Assembly: GCA_963806645.1 (NCBI GenBank) | Contig: CAWDYQ010000003.1 | Location: forward strand, 44,327 to 108,326 | DNA length: 64,000 nucleotides | Direction: 5' to 3' | Source: Candidatus Bathyarchaeota archaeon | GTDB lineage: Archaea; Thermoproteota; Bathyarchaeia; Bathyarchaeales; Bathyarchaeaceae | Shown: positions 39,344-49,877 of the stretch, one piece after another | Layout: each line of letters begins with the position of its first letter | Numbering within the stretch: position 1 is the first letter of the stretch | Translations under genes and position numbers: made by a program | The notes under the pieces: generated by a model | The model's input: only the letters and a program-made list of their open reading frames with translations | What the model was told of the DNA's origin: nothing | Database searches by the model: none

Positions 39344-40720
39344 ATGTCGGGGGAATTCATGGAAAAGTACAAAGGCAGAGCCTGGATGAAACTTATGGAT
39401 AATCCACAGATTAAACAGTTTATTCTAGATTATCCAAATAAGACCACAAGAAAAACAGTACTTTCTCATTTGTATTATTTCTATAAAGAATCTAAGAAAC
39501 TGGATCCTAACTTTAGCCTAGATAAATTCGTAAAGATGGACCCCATTGAAGCACGTACTACAATATGGAATACTTGTATGTCGTATATTGACAGAGAGAA
39601 ATACAAAACTGCTGAGTCTCTAAAATCTTATTCCAAGTTACTATATGACACACTCAATGAAGGCTCTGGTAAAATTATCAAGTTTAAACGAATTATGAAG
39701 GTACCAAAAATTCGAACTAAAGCTGTAGAAGTACCAAAGCATGATCAAATATACAGGTTGGTGGATTCTTGCACACACTTGAAGCCTAAAGTAATGTTGT
39801 TGTTAAGTTATGTGTCTGGGCTTAAAGGTGAAGGCTTCATAAATCTTAGACTTAGTGATATTGAAGAAGCAATACAATTTAAAGAGAGCCTTAGACAAGA
39901 GTTTATCCAAGAAAGAAATAGAGCTTCAAGTCCTGAAGAAATCAAGGACTTAGATGATTTACTCAATAATTTTCCTTTAGTCATCAAAATTACAGCTGAA
40001 ATATACCCGAAAAGGTTTCGTAGTCAGTCTAACCAATGGTACCCAGCTTTAGTATCTAGTGACTGTCAAGAATTGTTGTTAAAGCACTATGACAGAGTTA
40101 AGAACATACCTGACCGTAAACTGTTATTCAAAACCAGAGAAAATACTCAATATAATCATGGATGTCTAAGCAAATTACTTAAAGAAAACATTTTAAAATT
40201 TGCTAAAGCCAACAATGGAGAATTATTTGACACTGCTCCATCACAGATACGTAAAGCATTCTATAACAGACTAATCTCTAAGGACGTTAAAGAAATCTAC
40301 CGAAGATATTTACAGGGTCACACTTTAGGAGTGCAAAGCCATTACTTTAGCTGGGAAGCACAGAAGAAAGATATTTTGTTACAATATGTAAGAGCTAACT
40401 TTGACCGAAAAGAGAACGGAGTATCTCAAGCAATTGATAAATTAAGAGAAGAAAAGGACTTAGAAATTGAACAACTTAAAAGACAACTAGAACAACAAAA
40501 AAATTACGTCAAGTCTGAAGAATTCACAAAAGCCATTGTAACAAAAGTTTTAGAGAGTAAAGATATTAATTTTGATATCCTTGACAAAGAACCACCTAAA
40601 ACAATTGAGGTAAAGATACCTATCGATTCAGGAAAAGAATTAGCAATATTACTTCAGCAAGGCTACGAGATTAAATCCAGGAATAACCAATATTTTGTCC
40701 TAGAGAAAGAGATTGAATAA
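39344..40720 (+). CDS. Tyrosine recombinase / integrase with long C-terminal coiled-coil extension
   Basis: 458 aa; box I-like SGLKGEGFINLRLSDI, box II-like IRKAFYNRL ... LQGHTLGVQSHY (candidate Tyr nucleophile); divergent. Confidence 0.7.
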   Translation: MSGEFMEKYKGRAWMKLMDNPQIKQFILDYPNKTTRKTVLSHLYYFYKESKKLDPNFSLDKFVKMDPIEARTTIWNTCMSYIDREKYKTAESLKSYSKLLYDTLNEGSGKIIKFKRIMKVPKIRTKAVEVPKHDQIYRLVDSCTHLKPKVMLLLSYVSGLKGEGFINLRLSDIEEAIQFKESLRQEFIQERNRASSPEEIKDLDDLLNNFPLVIKITAEIYPKRFRSQSNQWYPALVSSDCQELLLKHYDRVKNIPDRKLLFKTRENTQYNHGCLSKLLKENILKFAKANNGELFDTAPSQIRKAFYNRLISKDVKEIYRRYLQGHTLGVQSHYFSWEAQKKDILLQYVRANFDRKENGVSQAIDKLREEKDLEIEQLKRQLEQQKNYVKSEEFTKAIVTKVLESKDINFDILDKEPPKTIEVKIPIDSGKELAILLQQGYEIKSRNNQYFVLEKEIE

Positions 40721-41248
40721 ATCGGCAGTATTTACTAACTGCCAACACTCTTTTTACTAATCATTTTCTATCAGTGTAGACTTTAGTATATTTCTGGACA
40801 GACTTAGAGAAAATATCACTATGTTAGTCATGTAGAACTATTCTAAATTAGTTCTAGTTAACTTAGGCTAAAACATTGAACTATGAAATTAAAATTAACA
40901 GTTCCCAAGTTAATCTCAAGATATGCTGTTCCCATACTTGGATGTGAATTATTATTAAAATGAAACTATGCTTTGATATTATCTAGTTATTTATGAGAGA
41001 CAGTCTGTTGTTACTGTTTTCTGGTGAGAAAAATGAGGAAATCTAATGACAATAATTTGAATCTAAAAGAAGAAGGGGTTTGCTGAGGCTCATGCATGGG
41101 CACTATTAGGAGAAAAACAAATGAACCAATTCACATTCTACTATCGCTTTGGTAACATTCATTTTTCCCATGCTGGAGCTTTTTCAGTCCCCATTTTCTT
41201 TCGATTAATTTTTATTCCCAAAAAAAGAGGGAGGGAAATTGGTTTTGG

Positions 41249-43858
41249 TTATTTCTTCCTGAGTAACAGTATTACACAGAGAACTATTGCTACTGCTACG
41301 AGTATTACTAGGATAATATCAATTGTTGTGTATTCAGGTATTACTACAGGGTCAGTTTCTGGATATGCTGGCATCTGATTTACTACTGCTTGACCTATTT
41401 GTTCTGATGTTGGATTTGCTGGCAAGGAAGATACGACTCTATTAGCAACGTCTTGTGCTGAAGGACCTTGATATCCTGGATACGTTGGAATCGATATTTG
41501 TGCTGGTGCAGATTCAACAGTCAGATATGATAGGTCGTGTGAACCATAATAACCTGCTGAACCTTCAAAGGTAGCAATAATCATGTATGGTCCTTCTTTT
41601 TGAGGTATCCAAGAGTAAGTAAATTTGCCAGTTGCATCAGTTGTTGCTGTTCCAATCCAAGCATATTCGTGATCAGGATCAATAATTTCTATTTTGACAG
41701 GTACACCTTGAACAATAGCTGGTGGTGCAAACTGTTTGTAGACATAGAGCATCCATTCGCTCATTGATTCGTCTGCTACTGCTGGAACTCCATTCGGGAA
41801 TCTTGCTCGAATGGCATAATCTTCTGTGCCAGGTGATACATCAGTAACTCTTCCTTCGACTATGTTGTATTCTCCTTTCTTTATGACTCTTGGTTCGGCT
41901 GCTACAGTAATTGCACTTGGACCTTTACCAATAGCGTATATACGTTGATCGTATGTGTCCATGGTAGCGATTATGCTGTCTCCAATGATTCCTCGTCCTC
42001 CCCAGTCAGTTTGACGGAACAAACCATCTGCTCTCCAGACTTCGTCTCCCTCGTCTAATTCGATGCAGACGAATGCTCCACCTCGCGGTTTAGGATCAAC
42101 AGGAGAGTGCTCACTTGTGCCCAAGTACATCATATTGTCTGTAATGAATAATGGTCTGATATGCCATTGATTGGTCCACAAGACTTCGCTTAATTCATCT
42201 GGAGCTCTGTAAGTCCATAAGAGATTGCCTGTCTTGATATCATACGCATGCACTATTCCACTCATGCCTACTGAGAAGAACTTTCCATAACCAACAGCGC
42301 TTCGGCTTCCAAAAATGTCCAAATAATCTTGCGACGCAGTTGGACCCCAAATCAAGTTCCCGGTGTTGAGGCTGAAGCCATAATTTGTTCTGGTCTCTTT
42401 TGCCCATAATACGAAAACTTCGTCGTCAAAACTTGTAGATCTAACACTTAGGGTCATATCTCCTGGGGGTGGTTGCCATGATTTTTGCCACAGCAATGTT
42501 CCTTCTTGTCCAGGTGTTACACTGATACACCACATTTCCATGGGCATATCTTCTCTGCCATTACTAGTTGTACCCGAAGGCAGCGTACCCAATATTTTGT
42601 CCTCAAATGCGACATCACTGACGCTTCCAGGTAAGTCTGTTGGTATAGTTACATTCCATTCTATGCCTCCTGCTGCATCAAAGGTTCTTCCTTGTGGTCT
42701 CCAGCTGCCATCACCAGATCCACCACTAGTTTGGGGTTGAACAGTGCTACTTGAGTTCCATAAAGTCATCCAACCATCATTTAGGTCGAGAGTGTATCTG
42801 TAGATTTCACCTTTTGGACCATACATGGTAGTTCCTGAAGGTACGTTTTCTACTGTGTACACCCAATCTCCGCTGATCGGGTTAAATGCGTACCAAGTAC
42901 TGCCGGATGTTGCCCACAAGTATCCGAAAACGCCATGATAATTAAACGAGTCCCAGTAGAACGCTTGACCAAACGAAAGTCTTCGAGAAACTCCAGCGGG
43001 GTCTAGAAGGGGTCTTCTCCACATCTCTTCTCCAGTGTGTAGATTGACTGCGACAACTTCTTGGGTAGGCATACGAGATTCGTAGTTATTATAATAAAGT
43101 ACTCCAGCTAGGATTACTGAGCCACTAAATTTGCCTTCGTATGCGTCTCCACATTCATAGGCTTGAGGACCTAAAGTACCTCCTGCCAGACCACCTGTTA
43201 CCAGGGTTTTTGTCCACAATATGTGTGCAGTCTCTGGTGCATTATCATTGTAGGGAGCAAAATATTCATATGGTGTAGTTACCCAGTCTGCTGAAATTGT
43301 GTTCCATTCTCTAAGTTGTGCATCAATGGGTCGGTTCCAGTATTCTGTTGGAAGCGAGTGTCCTTGATAGTATTGCACTGGATCTTGTTGCACTATAACA
43401 TCGAGTATTTCACTGTCGCTAGCTTCATAATTTACAATTCCTGTAAACGTAACTCGACTAATTCCTCCTTCCCAATCATATGTTTGTTCAGGAAAGTGGG
43501 TTTGGAACTTGTATGTGCCGACCATTGTTGGTAGGTATATTGTGCCTGTTCCTCCTGTGGAGTCGGTTCGAAATGGCCCTAGAGTTTCGGTTTGGCCATC
43601 AGGTCTTGTGACAGTAACTGTTAGTCCTTCCCATCCGTGGTGGTAGAGTCGTAGAAAGTCTGTTATACCGACGTGTATGAGTACCTGTTGGTTAACTCCT
43701 ACAGGGTTTGGGATAGCCCCGATATAAGCATGGGTTGTTTTGCTGTATTCGATTTCTTGAGCTGTAGTTGTTGGAAAAGCTACAAGTAATGTAGTTGTTG
43801 CTAACATAATAATTGCTAGTATGGTAGTTATTTTTGTTTTAATATTTTCTTTTGTCAT
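41249..43858 (-). CDS. Large secreted, C-terminally membrane-anchored PQQ-like beta-propeller surface protein
   Basis: Signal peptide MTKENIKTKITTILAIIMLATTTLLVAFP, repeated G-hydrophobic-hydrophobic-Y/W propeller blades, Ig/PEGA-like C-domain, terminal TM + RKK; start moved to ATG 43858 (GAGGA upstream). Confidence 0.8.
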   Translation of the reverse strand: MTKENIKTKITTILAIIMLATTTLLVAFPTTTAQEIEYSKTTHAYIGAIPNPVGVNQQVLIHVGITDFLRLYHHGWEGLTVTVTRPDGQTETLGPFRTDSTGGTGTIYLPTMVGTYKFQTHFPEQTYDWEGGISRVTFTGIVNYEASDSEILDVIVQQDPVQYYQGHSLPTEYWNRPIDAQLREWNTISADWVTTPYEYFAPYNDNAPETAHILWTKTLVTGGLAGGTLGPQAYECGDAYEGKFSGSVILAGVLYYNNYESRMPTQEVVAVNLHTGEEMWRRPLLDPAGVSRRLSFGQAFYWDSFNYHGVFGYLWATSGSTWYAFNPISGDWVYTVENVPSGTTMYGPKGEIYRYTLDLNDGWMTLWNSSSTVQPQTSGGSGDGSWRPQGRTFDAAGGIEWNVTIPTDLPGSVSDVAFEDKILGTLPSGTTSNGREDMPMEMWCISVTPGQEGTLLWQKSWQPPPGDMTLSVRSTSFDDEVFVLWAKETRTNYGFSLNTGNLIWGPTASQDYLDIFGSRSAVGYGKFFSVGMSGIVHAYDIKTGNLLWTYRAPDELSEVLWTNQWHIRPLFITDNMMYLGTSEHSPVDPKPRGGAFVCIELDEGDEVWRADGLFRQTDWGGRGIIGDSIIATMDTYDQRIYAIGKGPSAITVAAEPRVIKKGEYNIVEGRVTDVSPGTEDYAIRARFPNGVPAVADESMSEWMLYVYKQFAPPAIVQGVPVKIEIIDPDHEYAWIGTATTDATGKFTYSWIPQKEGPYMIIATFEGSAGYYGSHDLSYLTVESAPAQISIPTYPGYQGPSAQDVANRVVSSLPANPTSEQIGQAVVNQMPAYPETDPVVIPEYTTIDIILVILVAVAIVLCVILLLRKK

Positions 43859-44428
43859 TTTTTTTATCCTCATAAGAGAATTTGTTTCCAAAGTTCTTTC
43901 TAGTGAAGATGTAGTATTTGAAATGAACGATTACAAAATATACCAAATGTATTCAATTGTATTCATTCACTTTTTTGAATATTCCAGAGATATAATATAA
44001 CAAAACTCATTAGCGTTAGGTTATGAGTTTAAATTATTATACGAAAATGAGCAGCGTAAGCTGAAGAACAGTAAAGATCAGATACAATGTATTTGCTATC
44101 ATTGAACTTGTTGAAAAATAGGAAAAGTGAATAACGAATAAAACGAAGTTATTCAGGCATGAAAAAATATATGCCGTTCTTCTTTTGAAAGAATAGTCAA
44201 GAGAAAAATTTAACATTAACTGATTATTAAAAAAATAAAATTACTCGATCCGACTCATCTACCAAAAAGTTGTTCTCAGAATTAGATTTGATTAAAAATT
44301 TTTTATTAATGTTACTTTCGTATAAACCAAAGAAGACAATAGAGTATTTGTGATAATGTCTTATATTATAAATCAAGTTTAAAATTAGAAATAATTATAT
44401 ATATTAAAACCTAATTATAAAATATAGA

Positions 44429-44686
44429 TTGATGATGACAGGTTTTGACTTAATTTCTGAAAAGATTCCAAAAGCTAAAAAATTGAAAAAGGGTTCAAAA
44501 TATGATGGCATAATAGAAGAATTCCTTAAAAGTCAAGACCTCACAGCTAAAGTACAACCCAGAGAAAAATTGCGAGCTTCGACAATTGCAGCAGGTATTA
44601 AGAATCGAATAGACGTGAAGAGATTAAAGAATAATATAGACGTGGTTGTAAGATCAGGAAAGGTCTATTTGAAGAAATTAAACTAA
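44429..44686 (+). CDS. Small Lys-rich protein (possible DNA-binding)
   Basis: 85-aa ORF flanked by long AT-rich spacers. Confidence 0.45.
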   Translation: MMMTGFDLISEKIPKAKKLKKGSKYDGIIEEFLKSQDLTAKVQPREKLRASTIAAGIKNRIDVKRLKNNIDVVVRSGKVYLKKLN

Positions 44687-44927
44687 CATCTTTTCATCAA
44701 AGTCAACGACTAGTCCTATTTCTGTAATTTTTTTTCTGTTCCGTTACTGGTAATTGTCGATCTTAACTTAGTTTTAATAATTAGATGTAAAAATTAGACT
44801 AAAAAGAAAGACATAAATAATATTATGCATATAATAACTTAATGGAAATTTGTATGTATAAAAATTATAATAAAAAATTAGGTTTAAAAGTTATTTTTGA
44901 AATTAATATTTCTAGAAGGGACACTAA

Positions 44928-45266
44928 TTGAAATTTTGTAATGAATGTGGAAATAGATTAAAAATTTTTAAGAAAAAAAATAAATTTGAATATTTCTTTA
45001 GATGCAAAAAATGTAAGATTAGCTTACAAATAACGGAAAAGGTTGTTATCATCAGATCTGTTCCTAGGAAAAATTGGGGAGAACACCGAATTCTTTTTTG
45101 TAATCTCCAAAAAATCAAACGTGAGAAGGGGGTCCATTTCAAGACACTAGAGGATAAACGTAGATATGCAAAACTATCTTTAGAAAAATGGCGTATTGCT
45201 ATTTCTCTTGATTTTATAGATACACCTAATTGGACTTTGGAAATGCTAAATGAGGCTTTGGCATGA
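44928..45266 (+). CDS. Zinc-ribbon protein
   Basis: CNECGNRL ... FRCKKCK; stop overlaps next start (ATGA). Confidence 0.55.
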   Translation: MKFCNECGNRLKIFKKKNKFEYFFRCKKCKISLQITEKVVIIRSVPRKNWGEHRILFCNLQKIKREKGVHFKTLEDKRRYAKLSLEKWRIAISLDFIDTPNWTLEMLNEALA

Positions 45267-46498
45267 ATTCAGAGGAATATCGAATTCTTTCACAACAAAT
45301 TCGAGAATGGTTAGAAAAAGACTTATGGGAGGAATCTGCTCCACCCGAATGTTCAGAATGTGGTGGAACCCTAATTTTTGTTCCAAAAACAGGGTATTAT
45401 ACATGTTGTGTTTGCGGCTTGGAACAAGATAGCTATGAAATAACGACACAGAAGCAGTTTTTTAATCAAAGGAAAAATGAAAAATTATTAAACCTTAAAC
45501 CAAAGCATGAAACAAGACTCAAAAGAGTTATGAGAAGAGTAAAGGCGATCCTAATCCAACTTTGTGTGATTTCAGATCTAACATATGAAGATGCTCAATA
45601 TTTTACAAAAAAAGTTACTTCATTAATTAGGGATTTTCGAAAGAAAGACATTATCAGGGGGGCAGGAAGAACAATTAAAAAAGTTGTTTTCGCCTTATTC
45701 TATCAAGTTATTTGGTCAGAAAGAATAAAATTACAAAAGCAGCTCTGTGTGGAGCTTGGAAAAACTCCTAAAGAAGAACTGGTAAAAGCATGGATTACAA
45801 ACAATGGAGAAGAACTTCGAAAAATAGATGATCAATCCATTGAAAGGTATGAAAGAATCAAGCCAATTCAACAAAAAATTGCTGAATTTAGAAAGGCTAT
45901 AGATCAGTTAGAAAAAAAATGTCCAAACTTACTCAATGAGACTCCCAAACAATTAGAGTATATCTTAAAAAAGTTTCAAATTCCATTTTATGACTTACAC
46001 ACGGTTGATCCTACACTTTATCGAACATTAGAGCCTGAACTTACTAATCTTTTCGATTTAGATTTTTTCAAAGGTGTTGAAATACAAAATTCTCTTGGCG
46101 AAACTGTTGTTGATAAAAGAAAGATACGGTATGAGGCAATAATTACTCACAAGCAGGGGGTTAACGCTATAAGTGCACAAATAATCCACAGTTTTCTTCA
46201 AAATCTTTCACATGAAGATTTGAATAAAAAACGCAAAGGTCTTTCTTGTGTTTGCACATACGTCGCAGCCTATCTAAAAGCAATTTTCATCATAAGCTTT
46301 TTCGAAAGATTGACTGGTTCAACAACAATCGGTGATAATAGATCACCTCCATTTCCAAAACCTCGAGAGAAGTGGATGCAATTTTTTGGAGTTAGTAAAG
46401 CAACATTTCAAAAACGACTCAACGAACTCGAAAAATGGAACCCTGAACTTATTAAATTGTTTAAATCGTGGGAAAAATTCCATTCTAAAGGTATTTAG
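45263..46498 (+). CDS. Divergent transcription factor B (TFB/TFIIB) homologue encoded on the element
   Basis: Zn ribbon CSECGGTLIFVPKTGYYTCCVCGLE; cyclin-repeat hallmarks IIRGAGRTIKKVVFALFYQVIW and FFGVSKATFQKRLNELEKW. Confidence 0.65.
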   Translation: MNSEEYRILSQQIREWLEKDLWEESAPPECSECGGTLIFVPKTGYYTCCVCGLEQDSYEITTQKQFFNQRKNEKLLNLKPKHETRLKRVMRRVKAILIQLCVISDLTYEDAQYFTKKVTSLIRDFRKKDIIRGAGRTIKKVVFALFYQVIWSERIKLQKQLCVELGKTPKEELVKAWITNNGEELRKIDDQSIERYERIKPIQQKIAEFRKAIDQLEKKCPNLLNETPKQLEYILKKFQIPFYDLHTVDPTLYRTLEPELTNLFDLDFFKGVEIQNSLGETVVDKRKIRYEAIITHKQGVNAISAQIIHSFLQNLSHEDLNKKRKGLSCVCTYVAAYLKAIFIISFFERLTGSTTIGDNRSPPFPKPREKWMQFFGVSKATFQKRLNELEKWNPELIKLFKSWEKFHSKGI

Positions 46499-46609
46499 TA
46501 AAATACAGTCTTTTTTTCTCTCTATTTAAAAAAATACGTCTTTTTTTTAATTTTTCTTTAGAATAAAAAACACCCAAAAACCGACTTATTATTTTGGAGT
46601 GACAAAAGA

Positions 46610-46828
46610 ATGACTAAAGAACTAAGAAACAACGTCTCTGACGTTATAAAGAATGCAGAGATCCCTATTGATGCTGAGAAGATAGCCCAAGAGCTAAACA
46701 TTGGATGGGGAACTGCTCTGAGATATGCCCTCGAATTGGTTATTTTGAATGAGATTCAGGGATTGAAAACATCCAAGTCATGGGTGTTTTGGAATAAACC
46801 AACAAACATTGGAGGTGTAATTTATTGA
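46610..46828 (+). CDS. Small winged-HTH protein
   Basis: IDAEKIAQELNIGWGTALRYALELV; stop overlaps Rep start. Confidence 0.55.
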   Translation: MTKELRNNVSDVIKNAEIPIDAEKIAQELNIGWGTALRYALELVILNEIQGLKTSKSWVFWNKPTNIGGVIY

Positions 46829-49188
46829 ATGAGAAATCTTTTGAAAATATAAAAGAATACGTTGAAGAATATTTGAAATTGGGTTTCTGTATTGTCCCTG
46901 CACATCGGGGAAAGAAACAACCAAAATTCAAATGGAGGAAATATCAGAAAGAGCACCCTAGTGAGAAGGAAATTCAAGGATGGTTCAAATCTGATGAAAG
47001 CTACAACATTGCTGTTTTGTGTGGAAAAGTAAGCGGTAATTTAGTTGTATTGGATTTTGATGATGCAAGCATTTATCCTAATTTCTTTAAAACTGAGGAA
47101 CTTGAAAAGGAAACAATAGTTGTTAAGACAGGGAGTGGAAAATATCATGTCTATTTGAGGACAAACAAAGCAGTTCCTAGCTTTCGGATTCCTGAATTAA
47201 AGTTAGAAGTCAGGTCGGAAGGAAATATTGTGATAGCTCCTCGCAGCAAACATCCTTCAGGGGGGATTTATGAATTTGTAAATCCTGAAATCAAAGAGAT
47301 TCTTTTAGTGGATGATTTGGAGAACGCAATATGGAAAAAAGCTGAGGAATTGGGTGTAAAATCTCCTCAAATGGTTTTAGATAAAAGCAGTGGTACTCAA
47401 GCAGATGTACCATATTTAGGTGAAGATCCCCCGTGCGTAAAGAAGTTATTATGTGGAGTTCAAGAAGGACTGCGTAATGAGGCTGCGATAAGATTAGCAT
47501 CTTATTACCTGAAATTTAGAAATGTAGAGGAAAAGCAGGTATTTCAGCGTCTTGAAAAATGGAATATCAAGAATAAACCAAAACTTGAGACTAGTGAGTT
47601 ACTGTCAATATTTGAAAGTGCAAAGGAGCTCCAGTATAGTTATGGCTGTAGATCAAATCAAGCATGGTGTGATGTAAACAGTTGTATTCTGAAGAAGAGG
47701 CAAATTGAACTATTGGAAGCACAAAAAGAGGCTGAAACAATTTTGTCATCAACGGACCTGATGACTGTTTTGAAACCACATTTAGACAACATATTGGCTG
47801 GTGAAGATGAGAATAAACAGTTAATGTTTGTACTTTTGTTAAGTGGGGTTTTGGATGACAGTAAACTAAAACAAATGCTTCTGGTGAAGGGTGAATCTGG
47901 TGCAGGCAAATCAACACTCATGAAGTTAGCAGATGTTTTTAAGACTAAAACAGTTGGTCGGTTCTCAAAACATGCTTTAGATCACAGCAATCTTGCAGAT
48001 TATCAGATATTAAGATTAAAAGAAATTGGGAAAATGGACCAGGAAGATCAAGGTGTTTCAACAATTAAATTTGTGTCAAGCGATGATGATGGGTATAACG
48101 CTGAGATTGTTAGTAGGGATGAAAAGGGAAAATTCAAAAACATACAGTGTAAAGTTCCAGCTATTACGTTGGTAACATCAACAACAAGAGTATCTATGGA
48201 CCCTCAATTTCAAAGACGCTGTTGGATATTAAATGCTGACGAAAGTAACCACCAAACTGAAAAAATTAGATTATGGAAAGTAAACAAAGAATTAGAGAGT
48301 GGATTGGAAAAACTAGGAATTTTAAAGAAAAACAGTTATGATACTAGTGTTAATGTTTTGAAATCTCTGTTGGAAAAACTTGAAAACGTATCATTGATTT
48401 TGATTTTTCCTGATTCCCTAACAAAGCTTCTCAAATCAAGTAAACTAAGGGTACGAGGAGATTATTCAAAGGTAATTAGTCTAGTGAAATTGTTTGCTTT
48501 CTTACATCAACGGACATTACCACAGGCAAAGGATAGCAATGGAAAAAAGGTTGTTTTTGTAACTCCAGAATGCGTTTTTGAAGCTCTAGAATTAGCCCAG
48601 AAACCATTCACTACAATGACAACCGATCTTGAAGAAAGACAAAGAAGGCTTATCCAAGTTTTAAGAGAAATGAAGATAGTTGAAGCAGATGATGACATTA
48701 ACACCTTAGCTAGAATTCAAATAGCGTCTAAATTGAATACTAGTGACAGAACAGTTCATAGACATCTAAAACAGTTATGCGATAAGGGTTACATGTCATC
48801 TTTTAAGGATAAACTGTCTAAAGGACACCCCTTAACCTTCATGCTTTTGTATGATTTGGATGTTATTGAAAGCAAACAAGCTGTTTCTTTTGACATTAAT
48901 GCTGCAGAGACAGAAAATGGCTCCAATTTCAAAAAGGAGATAAAAGAATGGTTAGATCAATATTCTGACAAAATAGTTCCATGGGAAGGGTGGACAATAC
49001 AGGGAATTAGGGATTCATTATTGGAAGGAAATGTTTCCTTCCGTAATGAGTTTTTGTCAAAAAAGCAAATGAAGGAAAAAACAGATTCTAATGAGGAAAT
49101 AAAGGGTATTTCTGTTGTTGCATCGGTTTTGTCAGAAGATGAGGCTTTGGAGTTAGATTCAAAATGTAAGGAGGGGAGTGGTGATTAA
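46825..49188 (+). CDS. Replication protein: prim-pol (archaeo-eukaryotic primase superfamily) + PriCT-like + P-loop helicase + C-terminal wHTH
   Basis: FCIVPAHRGKKQPKFKWRKYQ, LVVLDFDD, SGKYHVYL, EVRSEGNIVIAP (prim-pol); CVKKLLCGVQEGLRNEAAIRLASYY; Walker A GESGAGKST; pRN1 ORF904-like architecture. Confidence 0.85.
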   Translation: MNEKSFENIKEYVEEYLKLGFCIVPAHRGKKQPKFKWRKYQKEHPSEKEIQGWFKSDESYNIAVLCGKVSGNLVVLDFDDASIYPNFFKTEELEKETIVVKTGSGKYHVYLRTNKAVPSFRIPELKLEVRSEGNIVIAPRSKHPSGGIYEFVNPEIKEILLVDDLENAIWKKAEELGVKSPQMVLDKSSGTQADVPYLGEDPPCVKKLLCGVQEGLRNEAAIRLASYYLKFRNVEEKQVFQRLEKWNIKNKPKLETSELLSIFESAKELQYSYGCRSNQAWCDVNSCILKKRQIELLEAQKEAETILSSTDLMTVLKPHLDNILAGEDENKQLMFVLLLSGVLDDSKLKQMLLVKGESGAGKSTLMKLADVFKTKTVGRFSKHALDHSNLADYQILRLKEIGKMDQEDQGVSTIKFVSSDDDGYNAEIVSRDEKGKFKNIQCKVPAITLVTSTTRVSMDPQFQRRCWILNADESNHQTEKIRLWKVNKELESGLEKLGILKKNSYDTSVNVLKSLLEKLENVSLILIFPDSLTKLLKSSKLRVRGDYSKVISLVKLFAFLHQRTLPQAKDSNGKKVVFVTPECVFEALELAQKPFTTMTTDLEERQRRLIQVLREMKIVEADDDINTLARIQIASKLNTSDRTVHRHLKQLCDKGYMSSFKDKLSKGHPLTFMLLYDLDVIESKQAVSFDINAAETENGSNFKKEIKEWLDQYSDKIVPWEGWTIQGIRDSLLEGNVSFRNEFLSKKQMKEKTDSNEEIKGISVVASVLSEDEALELDSKCKEGSGD

Positions 49189-49459
49189 AATGGTATCAGC
49201 TACACTTTTGTTCAAATTAAATGCTGAAAAAGTTACAATTATCTGCAACATTCTTGAAAAAAAGTGGAAGTTTCAATGTTTCACTATTAGACAAAATAAA
49301 TTGGATTATTATTCCTTAATGTTATGGTCAATAGACAGTAAGAAAGTATTTTCCTTAATGAATATAATTAAGAAATATGGTGGTAAGATATTTTCTTATG
49401 AGCTAAAGGGGGAAGCTAATTATGGTCAAAGAATGCAGCATATGCACCTCAAACCATAG
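49178..49459 (+). CDS. Hypothetical element protein
   Basis: 93-aa ORF overlapping both neighbours in operon fashion. Confidence 0.4.
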   Translation: MVIKMVSATLLFKLNAEKVTIICNILEKKWKFQCFTIRQNKLDYYSLMLWSIDSKKVFSLMNIIKKYGGKIFSYELKGEANYGQRMQHMHLKP

Positions 49460-49859
49460 ACACTACATTGATTCTCTATTAAAGAAGGGAAAATCAGGGT
49501 ATGAAATCTCTGAGGTATTAAAAGAGAAGGAAGTTAGCATTTCTAAAAGCAGCATCTATAGACACAAAAAGAACTGTGTTGACCTGCCAAAAGAGAATTC
49601 TATCTATCAAATGCTTTACGAAACAGGTAATCAGAGATTAGCACGTGCCATTAAGAGAACACAAAAAATAATCAAAACATACAACTATTGCAAATGCAGT
49701 TCTGAAACTTCACGTAAATTGAGAAGAAGAGCTTTGGTTTGGGTATGCGGTCTCTGTGGAGGCTGGGTTCCCTACAACTTAGGATTAGTTCTTAAAAGAA
49801 GATTCAAACCTACTAAACCTAGACAATTCACGATAGTAGCAACAGGAAGAACCTATTAA
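49422..49859 (+). CDS. Zn-finger/HTH DNA-binding protein
   Basis: CSICTSNHRHYIDSLLKKGKSGYEISEVLKEKEVSISKSSIYRHKKNC then CGLCGGW. Confidence 0.5.
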   Translation: MVKECSICTSNHRHYIDSLLKKGKSGYEISEVLKEKEVSISKSSIYRHKKNCVDLPKENSIYQMLYETGNQRLARAIKRTQKIIKTYNYCKCSSETSRKLRRRALVWVCGLCGGWVPYNLGLVLKRRFKPTKPRQFTIVATGRTY

Positions 49860-49877
49860 GCAAGAGGGGGTGAAAAA

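Noticed and set aside
41121-41378. 85-aa plus-strand ORF at the 3' end of the beta-propeller gene.
   Set aside because: It overlaps the C-terminal TM-anchor coding region on the opposite strand and has no SD or motif.
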